A stretch of DNA of 63,443 nt, filler included, from Octopus bimaculoides (lineage: Eukaryota): the NCBI RefSeq assembly GCF_001194135.2. It is 4 parts of 2 records of this genome, joined end to end, with 100 filler letters (N's around TTAATTAATTAA, not from the genome) between each part and the next. Parts side by side here need not be neighbours in the genome. Positions count along the whole stretch, not along the records: positions 35,465 to 57,845 come from NC_068983.1; 3 more parts are not named here. One strand, given 5' to 3'. The notes beneath the pieces are model-generated. The model saw only the letters and a program-made list of their open reading frames with translations, was not told the DNA's origin and did not search any database. The first letter of the stretch is position 1; every line of letters begins with the position of its first letter. A program made the translations under genes and the position numbers. Below are positions 42,404 to 54,597 of the stretch, piece after piece.

Positions 42404-42829
42404 GAATTCTGAAGGGGCTTTATTTTTACACTGGGGTCAAACTGTCGAATCTATTCAACCATATTTTAAGTCTTTAGCAACACCAATTACAATGAATTTG
42501 GGAGTGGTACTAAAAGATGGAGAGAAGTATTGACAGGTAGAAACTGGGTGGGAGCTGTCTTCAATAATTCAAGTAATGCTATACGTTCAAAATTAACCAT
42601 ACATGCTGTTTTTTTTGTTGTTATTGTTGCTGCTACTGTTGTTATTGTCTCTTACTTATTTGTGTTTTGACGCTACTTGCCTTCAGAACTAGGGAATTTT
42701 ATGCTAGCTTCATCACTTTTATTTATTTATATATTTATTTTTTTCTTTGTTTTGAAACGAGATCGAACTTCAGCATTTTATACCGATAGATTTTAGACAC
42801 TTTTTTTCTGCAACTGGTAAGATTATGTA

Positions 42830-42913
42830 GGGGGTGCAAATTTTGATCTTGCACCTCCTGAAAATTGTAGGGGGTGCAGGTGCACCCGCTGCACTCCCTG
42901 TTCCCGGTCCCTT
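42830..42913 (+). mobile_element. Possible DNA-transposon/MITE terminal remnant (GGGGGTGCAGGTGCACCCGCTGCACTCCCTG); related piece at about 48970-49045
   Basis: Two related GC-rich motifs in the window; no partner TIR located. Confidence 0.35.
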
Positions 42914-42934
42914 GGCCATGTCTCACTATTACTG

Positions 42935-43145
42935 TTTTCTTCCACTATTTTTGTGAGCCAGTTTTGTGAGCTGAGGGTCGGTGGCGTTGCTGAAAAAAGA
43001 CCCGAACAAGGGGGATATTATTGACAACTTTACACCCATCAGTCTGCTAAATGCAGAGTTTAAAATTTTGGCCAAGGTGTTAGCTACGAGGTTGGCGCTT
43101 ATCGCCCAGGATCTGGTAGGGGAGGCACAAACATGTGCCATCTCG
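42935..43145 (+). mobile_element. L1/Tx1-type LINE ORF2 fragment (pre-RT region)
   Basis: VALLKKDPNKGDIIDNFTPISLLNAEFKILAKVLATRL..LVGEAQTCAI matches the L1/Tx1 RPISLLN.D.KILAK.LA.RL motif. Confidence 0.85.
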
Positions 43146-43251
43146 AAAACTTACGCTACTATACAATCTGTTCTTGTCAACTATCTAATACTCTCCTGAC
43201 TATTCTGGCTGTGCCAAGGAGGCAAACCTTTTGAAACAATACTACGGAGCA

Positions 43252-43252
<1 letters not shown>

Positions 43253-43294
<42 letters not shown>

Positions 43295-44009
43295 CTTCTC
43301 TTACATAGGTTCATGTAAATTTCTGCTGCACCACCTGGTGCAACTTCATCTTCCTGAAGTCTTTGCAGCCTTATGTGTTCATATTTTTGTTAGGATTAGA
43401 GGAGAATAGACACTTCCTATTACTGTACTGGCTGTACAGCATAAGTTTGTTTTATTACGGAGTTTAGTTTATTATTTCTAGTAATATTAGTACTTCTTCT
43501 GCTGTGCATAGTGTGTGTCAGACGATTTATGTTACTTTATTATTAAGTGCTTATTCTATAGGGTGTGTGTTGGGTGTGAAGTCTGTTCTGTTTGAGTCGA
43601 GAGTGTCTTGTGTATAATGAGGGCTGCTTCTAGCAGAGCTGCTTTTGTTCAGTGTGTAGTGTTGTAAATTCCCGTATGGTTTCTGTGTTTTTCTTCAACC
43701 TTACTGCGGAGCTCCGTAAGCAGGTATTTTCTAATATAACCTCGAACCGACCATAGTTTTGTGAGTGGATTTGGCAGAGGGAAACTGAAAGAAGCCCACA
43801 AGCGCAGGAGTGGCTGTGTGGTAAGAGGCTTGCTTTGCATCCACTTGGTTCCGGGTTCACTCCCAGTGCGTGACACTTGGGCAAGTGTCTTCTTCTATAG
43901 CCTTGGGCCGACGAAAGCCTTGTGAATGGATATGTTAGACGGAGGCGGTGCCCCAGCATACCCACAGCCTTAGGGCTGAAACGTGCAAAAGATAAGAATG
44001 TGTGCGTGG

Positions 44010-44073
<64 letters not shown>

Positions 44074-44830
44074 ATGCGTGCGTGTGTGCGTGTGTGTGCG
44101 TCTTTGTGTTTGTGTTTGTTCCCAGCAACTGCTCAACAACCGGTGTTGGTGGTGTCTACGTCCTCGTAACTTACTAGTTCAGCAAAATCGACTGATAGAT
44201 AAGTACTAGATTTTAAAGAAAATAATGGTGACCAAATCCTTCGACTAAAAATTCTTCAAGGTGATACCCCAGCATGGCCGCAGTCTAATGACTGAAAGAA
44301 GTAAACGATAGAAGAGAAAAGATAAATGATTTCTTTAATCATAACTAATACTCTATTTAGTATTTGTATTGTTTTCGTCTTCATGCCCCACACCTTGAAC
44401 ATTTCAGTTTGAAACCCTTGTATTTTTTCACTTCTTTTATAGTAATATTTTGGTCTGAAGAGATTGCAAAGTTTATCAATGTGCATATCTTTTCCTTATT
44501 ATACCAGTACGGTTTGTTTTGATCTCTTTGTCAGTTAAATCCCAGATGATTGTGGCCTTGTTATAATCAAGTTCAGTGTATGGTACATGTTTTATATCGT
44601 TTTTTAAAAATCTATTTGCTCATCTATGTATTGGCATATATGCCCTGTGGGCATGTGGACATATTTGCCAGTTCCATCATATATTCCTAGTGGGCATACT
44701 TGCCGTTTGGCATATATGCCCGTTCAATCATATCTGTATATGTATTCAGATTTGGCAAGTACTTGGCAGCCGGAGTTGATATGGTCCATCGTCTTAAAAA
44801 GGAGGCACATTTGGGAGAAAGAAGTCCTTA
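43253..44830 (-). mobile_element. Decayed 3' part of a Dong/R4-type (RLE-clade) retrotransposon with a (TAA)n tail, interrupted by a SINE-A insertion at about 43690-44322
   Basis: Minus-strand order: KC..TMDHINSGCQVLAKSEYIYRYD (CCHC knuckle remnant), KATIIWD..TDKEIKTNR (RLE region), KVWGMKTKTI..MIK, then the insertion, then TKAALLEAALIIHKTLS (C-terminus), 3' UTR and (TAA)n at 43253-43292. Confidence 0.75.
43690..44322 (+). mobile_element. Truncated SINE-A head (43690-43802) followed by a full SINE-A (43803-44322) with internal (TG)n
   Basis: Head GGAGTGGCTGTGTGGTAAG..GGTTCCGGGTTCACTCCC..TTGGGCAAGTGTCTT, (TG)n at about 44013-44100, and a 3' half ending CAGCATGGCCGCAGTC. Confidence 0.8.
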
Positions 44831-45113
44831 TTGAATAAAAGAAATGATAATCATGCGTGGGGCACCCCAAGTTAGGGTGGACTCGGAGTTAAATAACCAC
44901 AACACCAACAACGGGAAATGAATACAAGATCTGGTCCATTGAACTACGTTTCGCTGAAAGAAATACATTTCTGTAAAACCATTCTAGTTAGTTTTAGTTC
45001 TGCTACTTTATTAGCACCCAAATGTAACCGAGGCCCGAGGATTTTGGATTCGTTTGTTCCATTATTCCAAGCAATATTGTATGTTTGCTCTATCTTAAGA
45101 ACGTGAATCAGTC

Positions 45114-45116
<3 letters not shown>

Positions 45117-45164
<48 letters not shown>

Positions 45165-45228
45165 AAGGAAGAGAAGGCGAAAAGCAAAAAGATGACGAGT
45201 GATGGAAATAGTGATGCTGGTGATGATA

Positions 45229-45271
<43 letters not shown>

Positions 45272-45409
45272 CGACGACAACGACGATGATGATGCTGAAG
45301 AGAAAGGACTGGGGAGAAGAAAAAGCCAGGTGGGTAGAAGTAATAGAAATATCAGAAAGATGAACGGAACACGAAGTCGACAACTGGAAGAAGTAGTCAA
45401 AACTTTAAG

Positions 45410-45494
<85 letters not shown>

Positions 45495-45510
45495 AGCAGC
45501 AGTAGCAGCA
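45117..45510 (+). repeat. Cluster of (GT)n, (GAT/GAC)n and (AGC/AGT)n microsatellites
   Basis: Direct reading. Confidence 0.92.
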
Positions 45511-45725
45511 GGATGTGGATGTAGAAGATGACGTTGAAGTAATATGAAAACAGCAGAGGAAATGTAAAGAGCGAAACTGAGCCAAAGGTATGTAACAGGT
45601 AAGAAATAGTACAACAGCTAACATAGAGCATGTTTTCTACCTCAAGTACATTGTTTAAATGACTATCTGAATGTACTCTTATGAGATGAGAACATTTTGA
45701 TTGTTCCCTTCCCTTTTACAAAATA

Positions 45726-46146
45726 ATCTTTTCTATTCTAGGCACAAGGCCCGAAAGTTTTTGGTGGGATTAGATCGACCTCAGTTCGTAAGTAGTACCT
45801 AATTTATCGACCCCGAAAGGATGAAAGGCAAAGTCGATCTGGGCGGAATTTGAATTCAGGACATAGAGACAGACGAAATAGCGCTAAGCATTTCTCCTGG
45901 CGTGCTAACGTTTCTCATTTCTTTACTGCCCACAAGAGGCTCCACACAGAGGGGACAAACAAGGACAGACAAAGGGATTAAGTCGATTACATCGACCTCA
46001 GTGCGTAACAGGTACTTAATTTATCGACCCCGAAAGGATGAAAGGCAAAGTCGACCTCGGCGGAATTTGAACTCAGAACGTAACGGCAGACGAAATACCG
46101 CTAAGCATTTCGCCCGGCGTACTAACGTATCTGCCAACTCGCCGCC
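45726..46146 (-). mobile_element. Dimeric SINE-B flanked by a 15-bp target-site duplication CCCTTTTACAAAATA
   Basis: Two tandem tRNA-like monomers, a linker and a tail. The direct repeat lies at 45711-45725 and 46147-46161. Confidence 0.88.
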
Positions 46147-46519
46147 CCCTTTTACAAAATATTGCATGTTCTCAGTTCCTATTATTTATATGTGTGAGAG
46201 TACGTGCATATATTGCAAGTGTGTGTGTGTGTGCGTGTGTGCGCGTTGTCTTTTTTATTGACACTGAAGCTGAGACTTTGTCTCGCTACTCACGCTTTAA
46301 GATCATTGGTATCTTCAGGGGCACGCTCGAGACATATTTTCAGCTTTATTTTCAATTGAAAAACATTCTCTATAACATGTATTGAGTACTTCCTTCTCAT
46401 TCGTTCGACATACAGAAAAATATACAGTAAATGCATTGGAAAGTTGTACTGTACTTTCTTTCGTATATTTATTCCCAAACAACAGTTATTTTAGTGCTAT
46501 TGACACCACCGGATTAAAT

Positions 46520-46820
46520 GGTACTGCCCAGGTGTTACTTATTCTGTCTGTCTCTTGCTGATCAGCTAATTTACGGAGACGTAAACACACTAACATCGAT
46601 TATCAAGCGGTTATGGTTGTGGTATCACACACACACAACACAGACACACATACATACCCACATGCGTTGTGCGTCTTTCAGTTTCCGTCTACCAATTCCA
46701 CTCACAAGGCTTTGGTCAGTCTGACGCTATGGTAAAAGACACCTGCTAAGGTGCTCTGCAGTGAGACTGAACCCGAAACGATGTGGTTGGGAAGCAAGCG
46801 TCTTACCACACATCCGCACC
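46520..46820 (-). mobile_element. SINE-A with internal (CA)n
   Basis: CTTTCAGTTTCCGTCTACCAATTCCACTCACAAGGCTTTGGTC and the head to about 46820; 3' half at 46520-46625. Confidence 0.8.
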
Positions 46821-47474
46821 TTTGGTCACAAACTTTAATCTTCTTTCTACTTTTTGTATCAACCTTTATCTCGTTTTATCTTCTCGTGTATTTCTTTTTT
46901 TTTTTTTGTTTTTGTCATGATTTCACATAGTCCAGCGTCCTATTATTCAAATACATCTAACGTTATGAATTGTGCCTGAAAGGTTGATTGGAGATACATG
47001 GCATGTTATATAAATCTGCCAATTTGATGTATCTTAAAGCATGAAACTATTACTGGTTCTTTTGTAATTGTGTATATTAAATGATGTACGTATACATAGC
47101 GGCGCGGTATGTCCATTTACCAATTGTTTAAACATGATTTACCCATTATTCAGACATAAACTGAAGCATTCTTATATGCCAAAATGGCTGCCAGTGTTGT
47201 ATAATGTTTCCTGACATTCTTTTGTTTTATTGCTTATTCTTAATTAAATATGCTAGCTCAGACAAAACGTAAACGAATAATAGCATTGAAAATGGCGGCT
47301 ATAAAGAATTGTGAGGTGATAAAACAGTTGAATATTTGCAGAAAAGAACTGTTTTTAATGCGCGGAAAATGTTTCAGTGGGTGCAAACAACCTCACCAAA
47401 TTTAATTTCAGGAAGACACCGTTCACTTCGTACCAGGAGAATCATTGAGGCCGATAGATTGAACGAAGTGGTGG

Positions 47475-48525
47475 TAATGAAAAAGTGGTAGTCGGAAGGA
47501 GAAAGGTTTGGGGAATATGCTAGGTGGGGAAGAACTTCGTAGCCAAGTTCCCTCAACTTCTGGAGCGTCATTAGTGAAGCGTGTGGTCAAGCATTGTCAT
47601 GAAGAATGATTGGACCTCTTCTGTTGACCAGTCTGGGACAGAGAAGTAGCGGTTTTTCGTTCATTTTGGCAATTTCATGGCAATATATTTCTGCGGCAAT
47701 GGTTGTTTTTCGGGTTTTAAGAAGTTTATAGTGGATAAGCCCAGCAGTACGCCACCAAACATTCACCATAACCTTCTTTTTGAAGAGCTCAAGTTTAGGG
47801 AAGGTTTTCGGTGCTTCATTTTGGTCCTACCACTGCGACGAACGGTTTTTATTATTGTACAGAATCTACTTTTCATCACAAGTTACAGTACAGTCGACAA
47901 AGGGATGATCGTTGCAGTTACGGAGAAGAAGCGACGAGCAAATTTCATATCTCCGCATTTTCTGATTTTCATTCAAATCGTGTGGTACCCATTTGTCGAG
48001 CTTTTTTGATTTTTTGATCGCATGCAAATGGTTGCAGGTAGTTTTCTGGTTAAATTGAAGTTCTTTTGCCATTTCTCGAGTGGTTTTACATGGATTTTTC
48101 TCAATGACGGTCTTTAATTGACCGTCATCGACAACAGTTAGGCGTCCACTATGCTCATGATCTTCAAGGCTCAGGTCTCCACTGCGAAATCGTTTAAACC
48201 ATTTTCGAGCTGACCACTCACTGGTCAATTCCTCAGGAAACTTTTCGTTGATATCGCGAGCAGTTTCAGCTGCTTTACGTCCATTTTTGAAGTTGAATAG
48301 CAAAATTGCTCGAATATCGTGCTTTGAGAGTTCTATTTCAGATGATTGTAACAACGGTGAAAAAAATATCAATTTTAATTTATTGATGCTTTTGGGCAAG
48401 TCTATGTCTGTATTATCAGACAATTGCAAAAAAATTGTTTTAAAAAAAAAGATCAAAACTCTGCAAAAATCTGGTACAAATTCTTCATAGTTCACAACGT
48501 TGCTTACGTTTTTTACTCAACCTGA
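47475..48525 (-). mobile_element. Decayed mariner (Tc1/mariner, DD34D-type) transposon with transposase pseudogene; one TIR-like end at 48500-48525
   Basis: HDIRAILLFNF..HTH region, KWVPHDL, TCDEK, ILHDNA and YSPNLSPSDYHFF are spread over three frames. The probable start codon reads ATA at 48334-48336. The minus-strand end TA-TCAGGTTGAGTAAAAAACGTAAGC is mariner-TIR-like. Confidence 0.93.
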
Positions 48526-49398
48526 TATATTCACCATGCTGAACCGCTGAAATCTACATTCTCTCTCCCTTTATTTTCTCTTATTCCTTTTTCCCGAGCG
48601 TCAAACTAATACACTTACTTGTTCATACACCTGTTTTCGTCTTTTGTTTGTCTATAAATTTCAACTATATATATATATATATAAAGTTGCTGTTGTTGTT
48701 GTGTAGGCTCAGGTTAGTTCTTATCAAACGGATTTCTTATAATCAAAGGGGTTCTAATCGTAACTACCCATTTGTTATTCAGAGCGATCGATTATCGGAA
48801 TTATTATACCGTCAGATGACACGCCTTGCAGTATTTTTCTGAGTTCTTGGGTATTAATCTTTCTGGTTTAACCCGGCCAAAATGTCGGTCCTTAGCATAA
48901 GTGTAGGAATAAAATTTGTTTAGGGGATGAAAATTCAGGTCTTTCCCAGGATGATCAAAACGTTTTTTTATTGCCCTACCAAAGTTTTAGGGGGTGCGCT
49001 TGCAACCTTTGCACTCCCTGTACACCCTGCTCCTGAGCCTGTGGTTCTTAGGTACCTTCAGCTGGCTTCACTTTGTTGCAAGCATTCGGACGGGATCTCC
49101 GGTTTGAGCATAATTTATTCTCCTCCTCCCTAATACTACTGACAATGGTTCTTAAAGAAAAATTAAAAAGGGCGGTAAATATAGTCAATCTTTCTTTAAT
49201 TATGTACCCCTCCAGTTGCCCAAAATAGCCTTCTTTATCTAAAACTGTAAGGAGGGATTTGAGAGAGAAGTGGATGCTGGTTCTAGTATGTCGTGCGACC
49301 GTGTAGATGCTTCCTCGTTGGTTCGATGGAATTTGTAGAATTCAAGCAAGATGTTTTCTTGAGATCTGATACCTCTGTATGATTGATCTAATGCAGAA

Positions 49399-49610
49399 TA
49401 AGCCGCTGGCGGAATCGTTAGCACGTTGGACTATATGCTTAGCGGAGCTTCACCCATCCCTACGTTCTGTGTTCAAATACCACCGAAGTCAACTTTGCTT
49501 TTCATCCTTTTGGGGTCGATAAATTAAGTACCAGTTGCGTACGGGGGGGGATGTGGTCGAATATCTCCCTCACCTAAATGTCAGGCCCTGTGCCTTCAGT
49601 AGAAAGGATT
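49399..49610 (+). mobile_element. Monomeric SINE-B with tail
   Basis: GCTGGCGGAATCGTTAGCAC..GTTCAAATACC..CTTTTCATCCTTTTGGGGTCGATAAATTAAGTACCAG..CAGGCCCTGTGCC..AGAAAGGATT. Confidence 0.8.
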
Positions 49611-49829
49611 TCCTGTTACTGGACTGAATTACAAGACTCTGGGGTAACAAAAGCTATTACGAGAGACTAAGTACAGAAATGATATCTTTACGAACTGATA
49701 TTTCACTTCTATAAGAGAAGTGCAGGTCAATATTTCTGATGAAACATTCGTTAGTTTATGTTGTTGTTGTCGCTTGTAGTCGGTAAGTCTTCTCGCTAAT
49801 TCAGGTAAAAAACTCATAAGAAAAATAAA

Positions 49830-50997
49830 ATAAATGATTGATATGACATTAGCTTTGTTTCATTGTATTAATTAAGATATGGAATAAAAATGGATGTTTT
49901 TATCACACGCATAATGACCGTCATATAAATTAATTTCATAGGAGTCACAAATAATAAACGATTTAAAATAAATGTTTTATTACTTCAGCTATTATTTATG
50001 GTTATTTAAATACATTGTGACATTTTTCGTAATCAAAATTATGATGTTTTTTCCTATGACTTTATTTCTATTCTCAATTCTTATCATGTGTTATCTTTCT
50101 CTGAAATTATGTAGATTTAACTGCCTTCAAATTTAAGTGTCCACTTGCAGAAAAGAGCTACTCTTGCGAGTCTAGGGTAAAACAAAAATCACAGTAAAAA
50201 ATGAATGAATGACTGATTTAACGTTTGTTTTGTCTCATTGTTTTAATTAAGATATCGAATTAAAAAAAAAAATACTTCGTATCGCACTCATGATAGCCAT
50301 TATATTAATCATATTGTCATTTCATAAGAGTCATAAATCACTTAATAAGCGATTTAAAATATATATATTAATCTAACTATTATTTATTTTATTTAAATGA
50401 AATGCGACATTTTTTTACTAGTCGAAATTGTGACTTTTTCTTGTCACTTTTTCCGTTCTCTAGTCTTGCCATGCACTCTCTCCTTCTCTCTCTCTCTCAG
50501 TTTCTCTCTGTCTCTCTGTCACTTTGTCTGTATGTCTGTCTGTCTGTCTCTCTATCTCACTCTCCGTTTCCACCCCCCTCTCTCTGAAGCTACGTGGATT
50601 ATTCTATCTCAAATTTAAGTGTCCGTTTGGTGAAGAAAGCTGTCTTTGCAAATTCACAAAGACGGAGAATCACAAGAAGAATTAATAAGTAATTGATTTA
50701 ATGTTTCTACTTTATTTCCTTGTTTTAATTAAAATATCTATTGAGAACGAAATGATGTTTTTATCACACACATAGCGGCCATCATACAAATTATGTTGCC
50801 ATTTTGTACGAGACATGAATCCATTAATAAGCGATAAAATGTTTTATTACTTTATCTATTATTTATGGTAATATGATACTTTTTCGTAGTCAAAATTGTG
50901 ACTATTTCCCTATGACTTTATTTTCGTTCACTATTATTGCTATGCCCTGTCTCTCTGAAGATAGGTGGACTTAGACTATTTTGAATTTGAGTGTCAT
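49830..50997 (+). repeat. Three diverged tandem copies of a ~375-bp AT-rich unit; the middle copy is expanded by a (TC/TCTG) microsatellite
   Basis: TTAATTAA(G/A)ATAT at 49868/50243/50725; AAATT(A/G)TGA motif at about 50034/50423/50891; AATTT(A/G)AGTGTC at about 50128/50610/50982. Confidence 0.82.
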
Positions 50998-51423
50998 GGC
51001 CACCGAATTAATAACGTACCAGTGGTAAGTTTCGGTTGATTATCCATTATCCAATCGCACCGGAGTGCTCCCCTGAAAGCTAGTGAATTTTAGTATCACG
51101 TTAAAGAATACTGAGGGATAGTGGCGCAGCTAGAGTGTGTGCCTCATGTGGAAGCCCTTGAGTTTGTTGTTCCCGGGTTCCCGAGCCTACACAGGCTAAA
51201 ACAGCTGACCGAAAAACGCCGTGTCTATAAAAGCGTCGCCGGGACGGACGACATCCTTGCCCTCTTTCTCCCCCGCTCCCAGTGACGCTACGGCCGATGA
51301 AGCCATTAAAGATCAGAGATCATGATCGTTTCAAAAGCTAAAAAATATTGGCGAAGAGCAATGTCTCACTATATAGCTTTGAATATGAACTTTATCAAGT
51401 CTTATAAATTTTAAACATTGCTG

Positions 51424-51757
51424 AGTCCCTCTTCGGTCATGACTAACCATGGGATTGCACCTAGAAAGTTACCCTCCCAGGCACAAGTCTGGGCAAGGTT
51501 GTTTATGGAAGACCAGCAGTCACCCATGCATACCGGTCTCCCCTCTCCAGTGTTATCCAAGGGAAAGGCAAAGGCCGATACAGCTTGGCACCAGTGACAT
51601 CACAACTCATTTCTACAGCTGAGTGAACTGGAGCAACGTGAAATAAAGTGTCTTGCTCAAGAACACAACACGCAGCCCGGTCCGGGATTCGAACTCACCA
51701 CCGGGATTCGAATTCATCGTAAGCTCGACGCTCTAACAACAGCCATGCGCCTTCACA
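51424..51757 (-). mobile_element. SINE-D, tRNA-derived, with a short internal duplication of the B-box segment
   Basis: Head near 51757; CCGGGATTCGAA occurs at 51682 and 51701; body GTGTTCTTGAGCAAGACACTTTATTTCACGTTGCTCCAG on the minus strand. Confidence 0.75.
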
Positions 51758-52229
51758 TGGGGTACATATGGGGCACAGGCCTTCATATGCGCCTTTTAAA
51801 CATTAACGATGTCTGTTAATTTAAGCCCCGTGCCATATCTCTATTCAAGATCTGTTTATGTTAATGAAGTTATTTTGCGAAATTTCAGGCCAGTTGGGGT
51901 TACTTGAATATTCCAAGTTGTTTATGACAGGAGATAATACCACGAATTGATAATCCCACAAGTTGACTGTGGCTGAAGATAACGGACTGAAACATTTTAA
52001 CGACGATAATGAATAATTAGAGGGAAGTGTTATCACTGATTTACAATCGTTACCTCTTTGAAGTGGAACTACTTACCATTAGCTCATGCCTAGATTGTTA
52101 GTACCTGGATCTAGACCAAACTTCTTTGGAAAAAATATCTTTGGACAAGACAAACCTCTTAATTACAGTTCAACGGGACAAAAGACGCTCACTCAAAAAT
52201 TCTTTCAGCAAAACTTTTTTCAGAGCTTT

Positions 52230-52366
<137 letters not shown>

Positions 52367-52545
52367 AAGGCGGTGAGCTGGAAGAATCATGAGCACCCTG
52401 AGCAAAATGCTTAACGGCATTTCGTCTATCTTTACGTTCTGAGTTCAAATTCCACCGAGGTCGACTTTGCCTTTTATCCTTTCGGGGTCGATAAATTAAG
52501 TACCAGTGAAACACTGGAGTCGATGTAATCAACTAGTCCCCTCCT
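52367..52545 (+). mobile_element. Monomeric SINE-B
   Basis: AAGGCGGTGAGCTGG..GAGTTCAAATTCC (B box)..CCTTTCGGGGTCGATAAATTAAGTACCAG. Confidence 0.85.
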
Positions 52546-53130
52546 CACAATTAACACTGTGTCTGGCTTCCTATTCTCTATCTCATGGTCGCACCGAATC
52601 ATAAAATCCCATAGGATCTTTGCATCATCATTTTCGATGATCCTTTCGGGTTTATGTTCGTACCACTAGCACAGTGTAGGTAAAAATGCACCGGAGTCTT
52701 TAGTTATCTGTCAAGTCACTACAAGGACCTCAGACAGATAATACTTTCTTGTTTAAATTTTTCTTTAATTATACAATTTTCAGTTTTGATGATACCGGCC
52801 TTCTTCGTGTGTTTCAACAGTGACTCCACGGCATCTTTCTTTCTGATCTTGATATTCAGTTTCTTCATTTCTCACTTTTGCCATTTTATAATTCCCAATC
52901 TAGTCATAGTCATACTGGTTACCAAAATACTTTTCGATTAAAACGATGAAATAAGTGTCATCTGTATTCAGCGCTGAAAGTGCAAATATAGTAAATCTTT
53001 CAGTTTCTATTATACTAAAAAAAAAATTATGATAAACTAGATTTTATAAACCGCTTGATTGATTTTCTAAGGATTTGCTAAGATTGTGCTAAACTATATT
53101 TTATGATCAATTCTTAAATTTTGTAATATA

Positions 53131-53250
53131 GGCACGTGGAACCTTGTGTAAGGGTTTTGTATATAGCCTCGGACTGATCAAAGGCCTGTGAGAGGGTTTG
53201 GTGGACGGAAACTGAAAGAAGATCATCATATATATATATATATACGATGT

Positions 53251-53333
<83 letters not shown>

Positions 53334-53510
53334 TGTCTATTTGTCCTCCAGCACCGCTTGGCAACCGGTGTTGGTGTGTTTATGCCTCCGTATTATAGCA
53401 GTTCGGCAAAACAGAACGACAAAATAAGCACCAGACTTTAAACAAAAATAAGTACTAGGGTCGATTCGTTCGACTAAAATTCATCAAGACGGTGCTCCAG
53501 CATGGCCTCA
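53131..53510 (+). mobile_element. 5'-truncated SINE-A with internal (TA)n(TG)n
   Basis: GACGGAAACTGAAAGAAG, microsatellite at 53228-53330, and a 3' half ending GGTGCTCCAGCATGGCC. Confidence 0.8.
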
Positions 53511-54597
53511 GCGTCTGCACTTGTATTTGTAGGCACGGTATTATGTCCTACTTGATATTTTTAATGCGAGTTTTTTTTTTTCCCCCACCGAAAAAGTTTT
53601 GTCCTAGAATTATATTTCTACACTCTTCTGCACCAGATGCAACTAAGGTTCTTCATTGACCTCCTGACATCGCCAAGAACAACAACAACAACTAACGGAA
53701 AACTGATGCAAACAATCGTAAAGAAATATTGAACGAAGTATTGAAGAGTAACGACATGTTTTTGACACCATACTGGATCAACCAGTTCTCAGTGTTGTTC
53801 TACAGGACTGGCTGTATTTATTGTTCTATAAAAGTGGTTCTGCAGCTCATTAAACTTTCGATATTCCGGTTTCTATGGAAGGAGATTCTATTTGCAGTAT
53901 TGATGTCGACAGCAAATAAGCAAAAATCGTTTGAGAATCGTTTCGTCTGTTGAGTCGAAGTATCATAAATGCCGAGGTACATGTATGAAGATTTTGGTTG
54001 AAAGCAACATTATATTGATGCTAAACATTTTCGTCTAATATTTCCTACATTACAAAAAAAAAAAAAAAAAATTGTAGAGCTGCTATTGAGAACATAGGAC
54101 CTGTTCTTCATTTCTGAAAAGAGGGTCAAAATTGAAGCTTATCATGGATGTGAAATTATAGGATAGAAAGGGACAGAACATGACTGGGGGTCGTGCTGGT
54201 GAAGGGAGGGGGACTCCAGAATTCTGATGATGACAACTCTGAGTTTCCAAATGATGTCTAGGTTATATCGAATGAAATGTAATGAGAAACCAAACTTTTA
54301 AGGGTGTTTGTGCGCGTATATGTGTGTGTCTTTTAAATTGTTCAACTATTTGGTTTAGCCGTGAGGCCTTTTTCACTTGGATTCTTTGTATAGATTTTGT
54401 ATAACCTTCAGACATTCATTGCACCGATTACCAGACCACAAGTTTGTCTTTCTACAAATTTACTTATCTTCTCTTTTATTACTACCTTCTCCATCTACTG
54501 AAAATGTTGAGATTCTTTTCTTCCACAGATTATAAAAGTGAAATATTTTGATTTTATAAGATTTCACACCATTATCTTTATAGAAATCACCACTTTT

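Noticed and set aside
45120-45631. Poly-Asp/poly-Ser, poly-Ala and poly-Cys ORFs
   Set aside because: They derive from adjacent trinucleotide microsatellites, the start lies in (GT)n, and there is no domain or supported exon structure.
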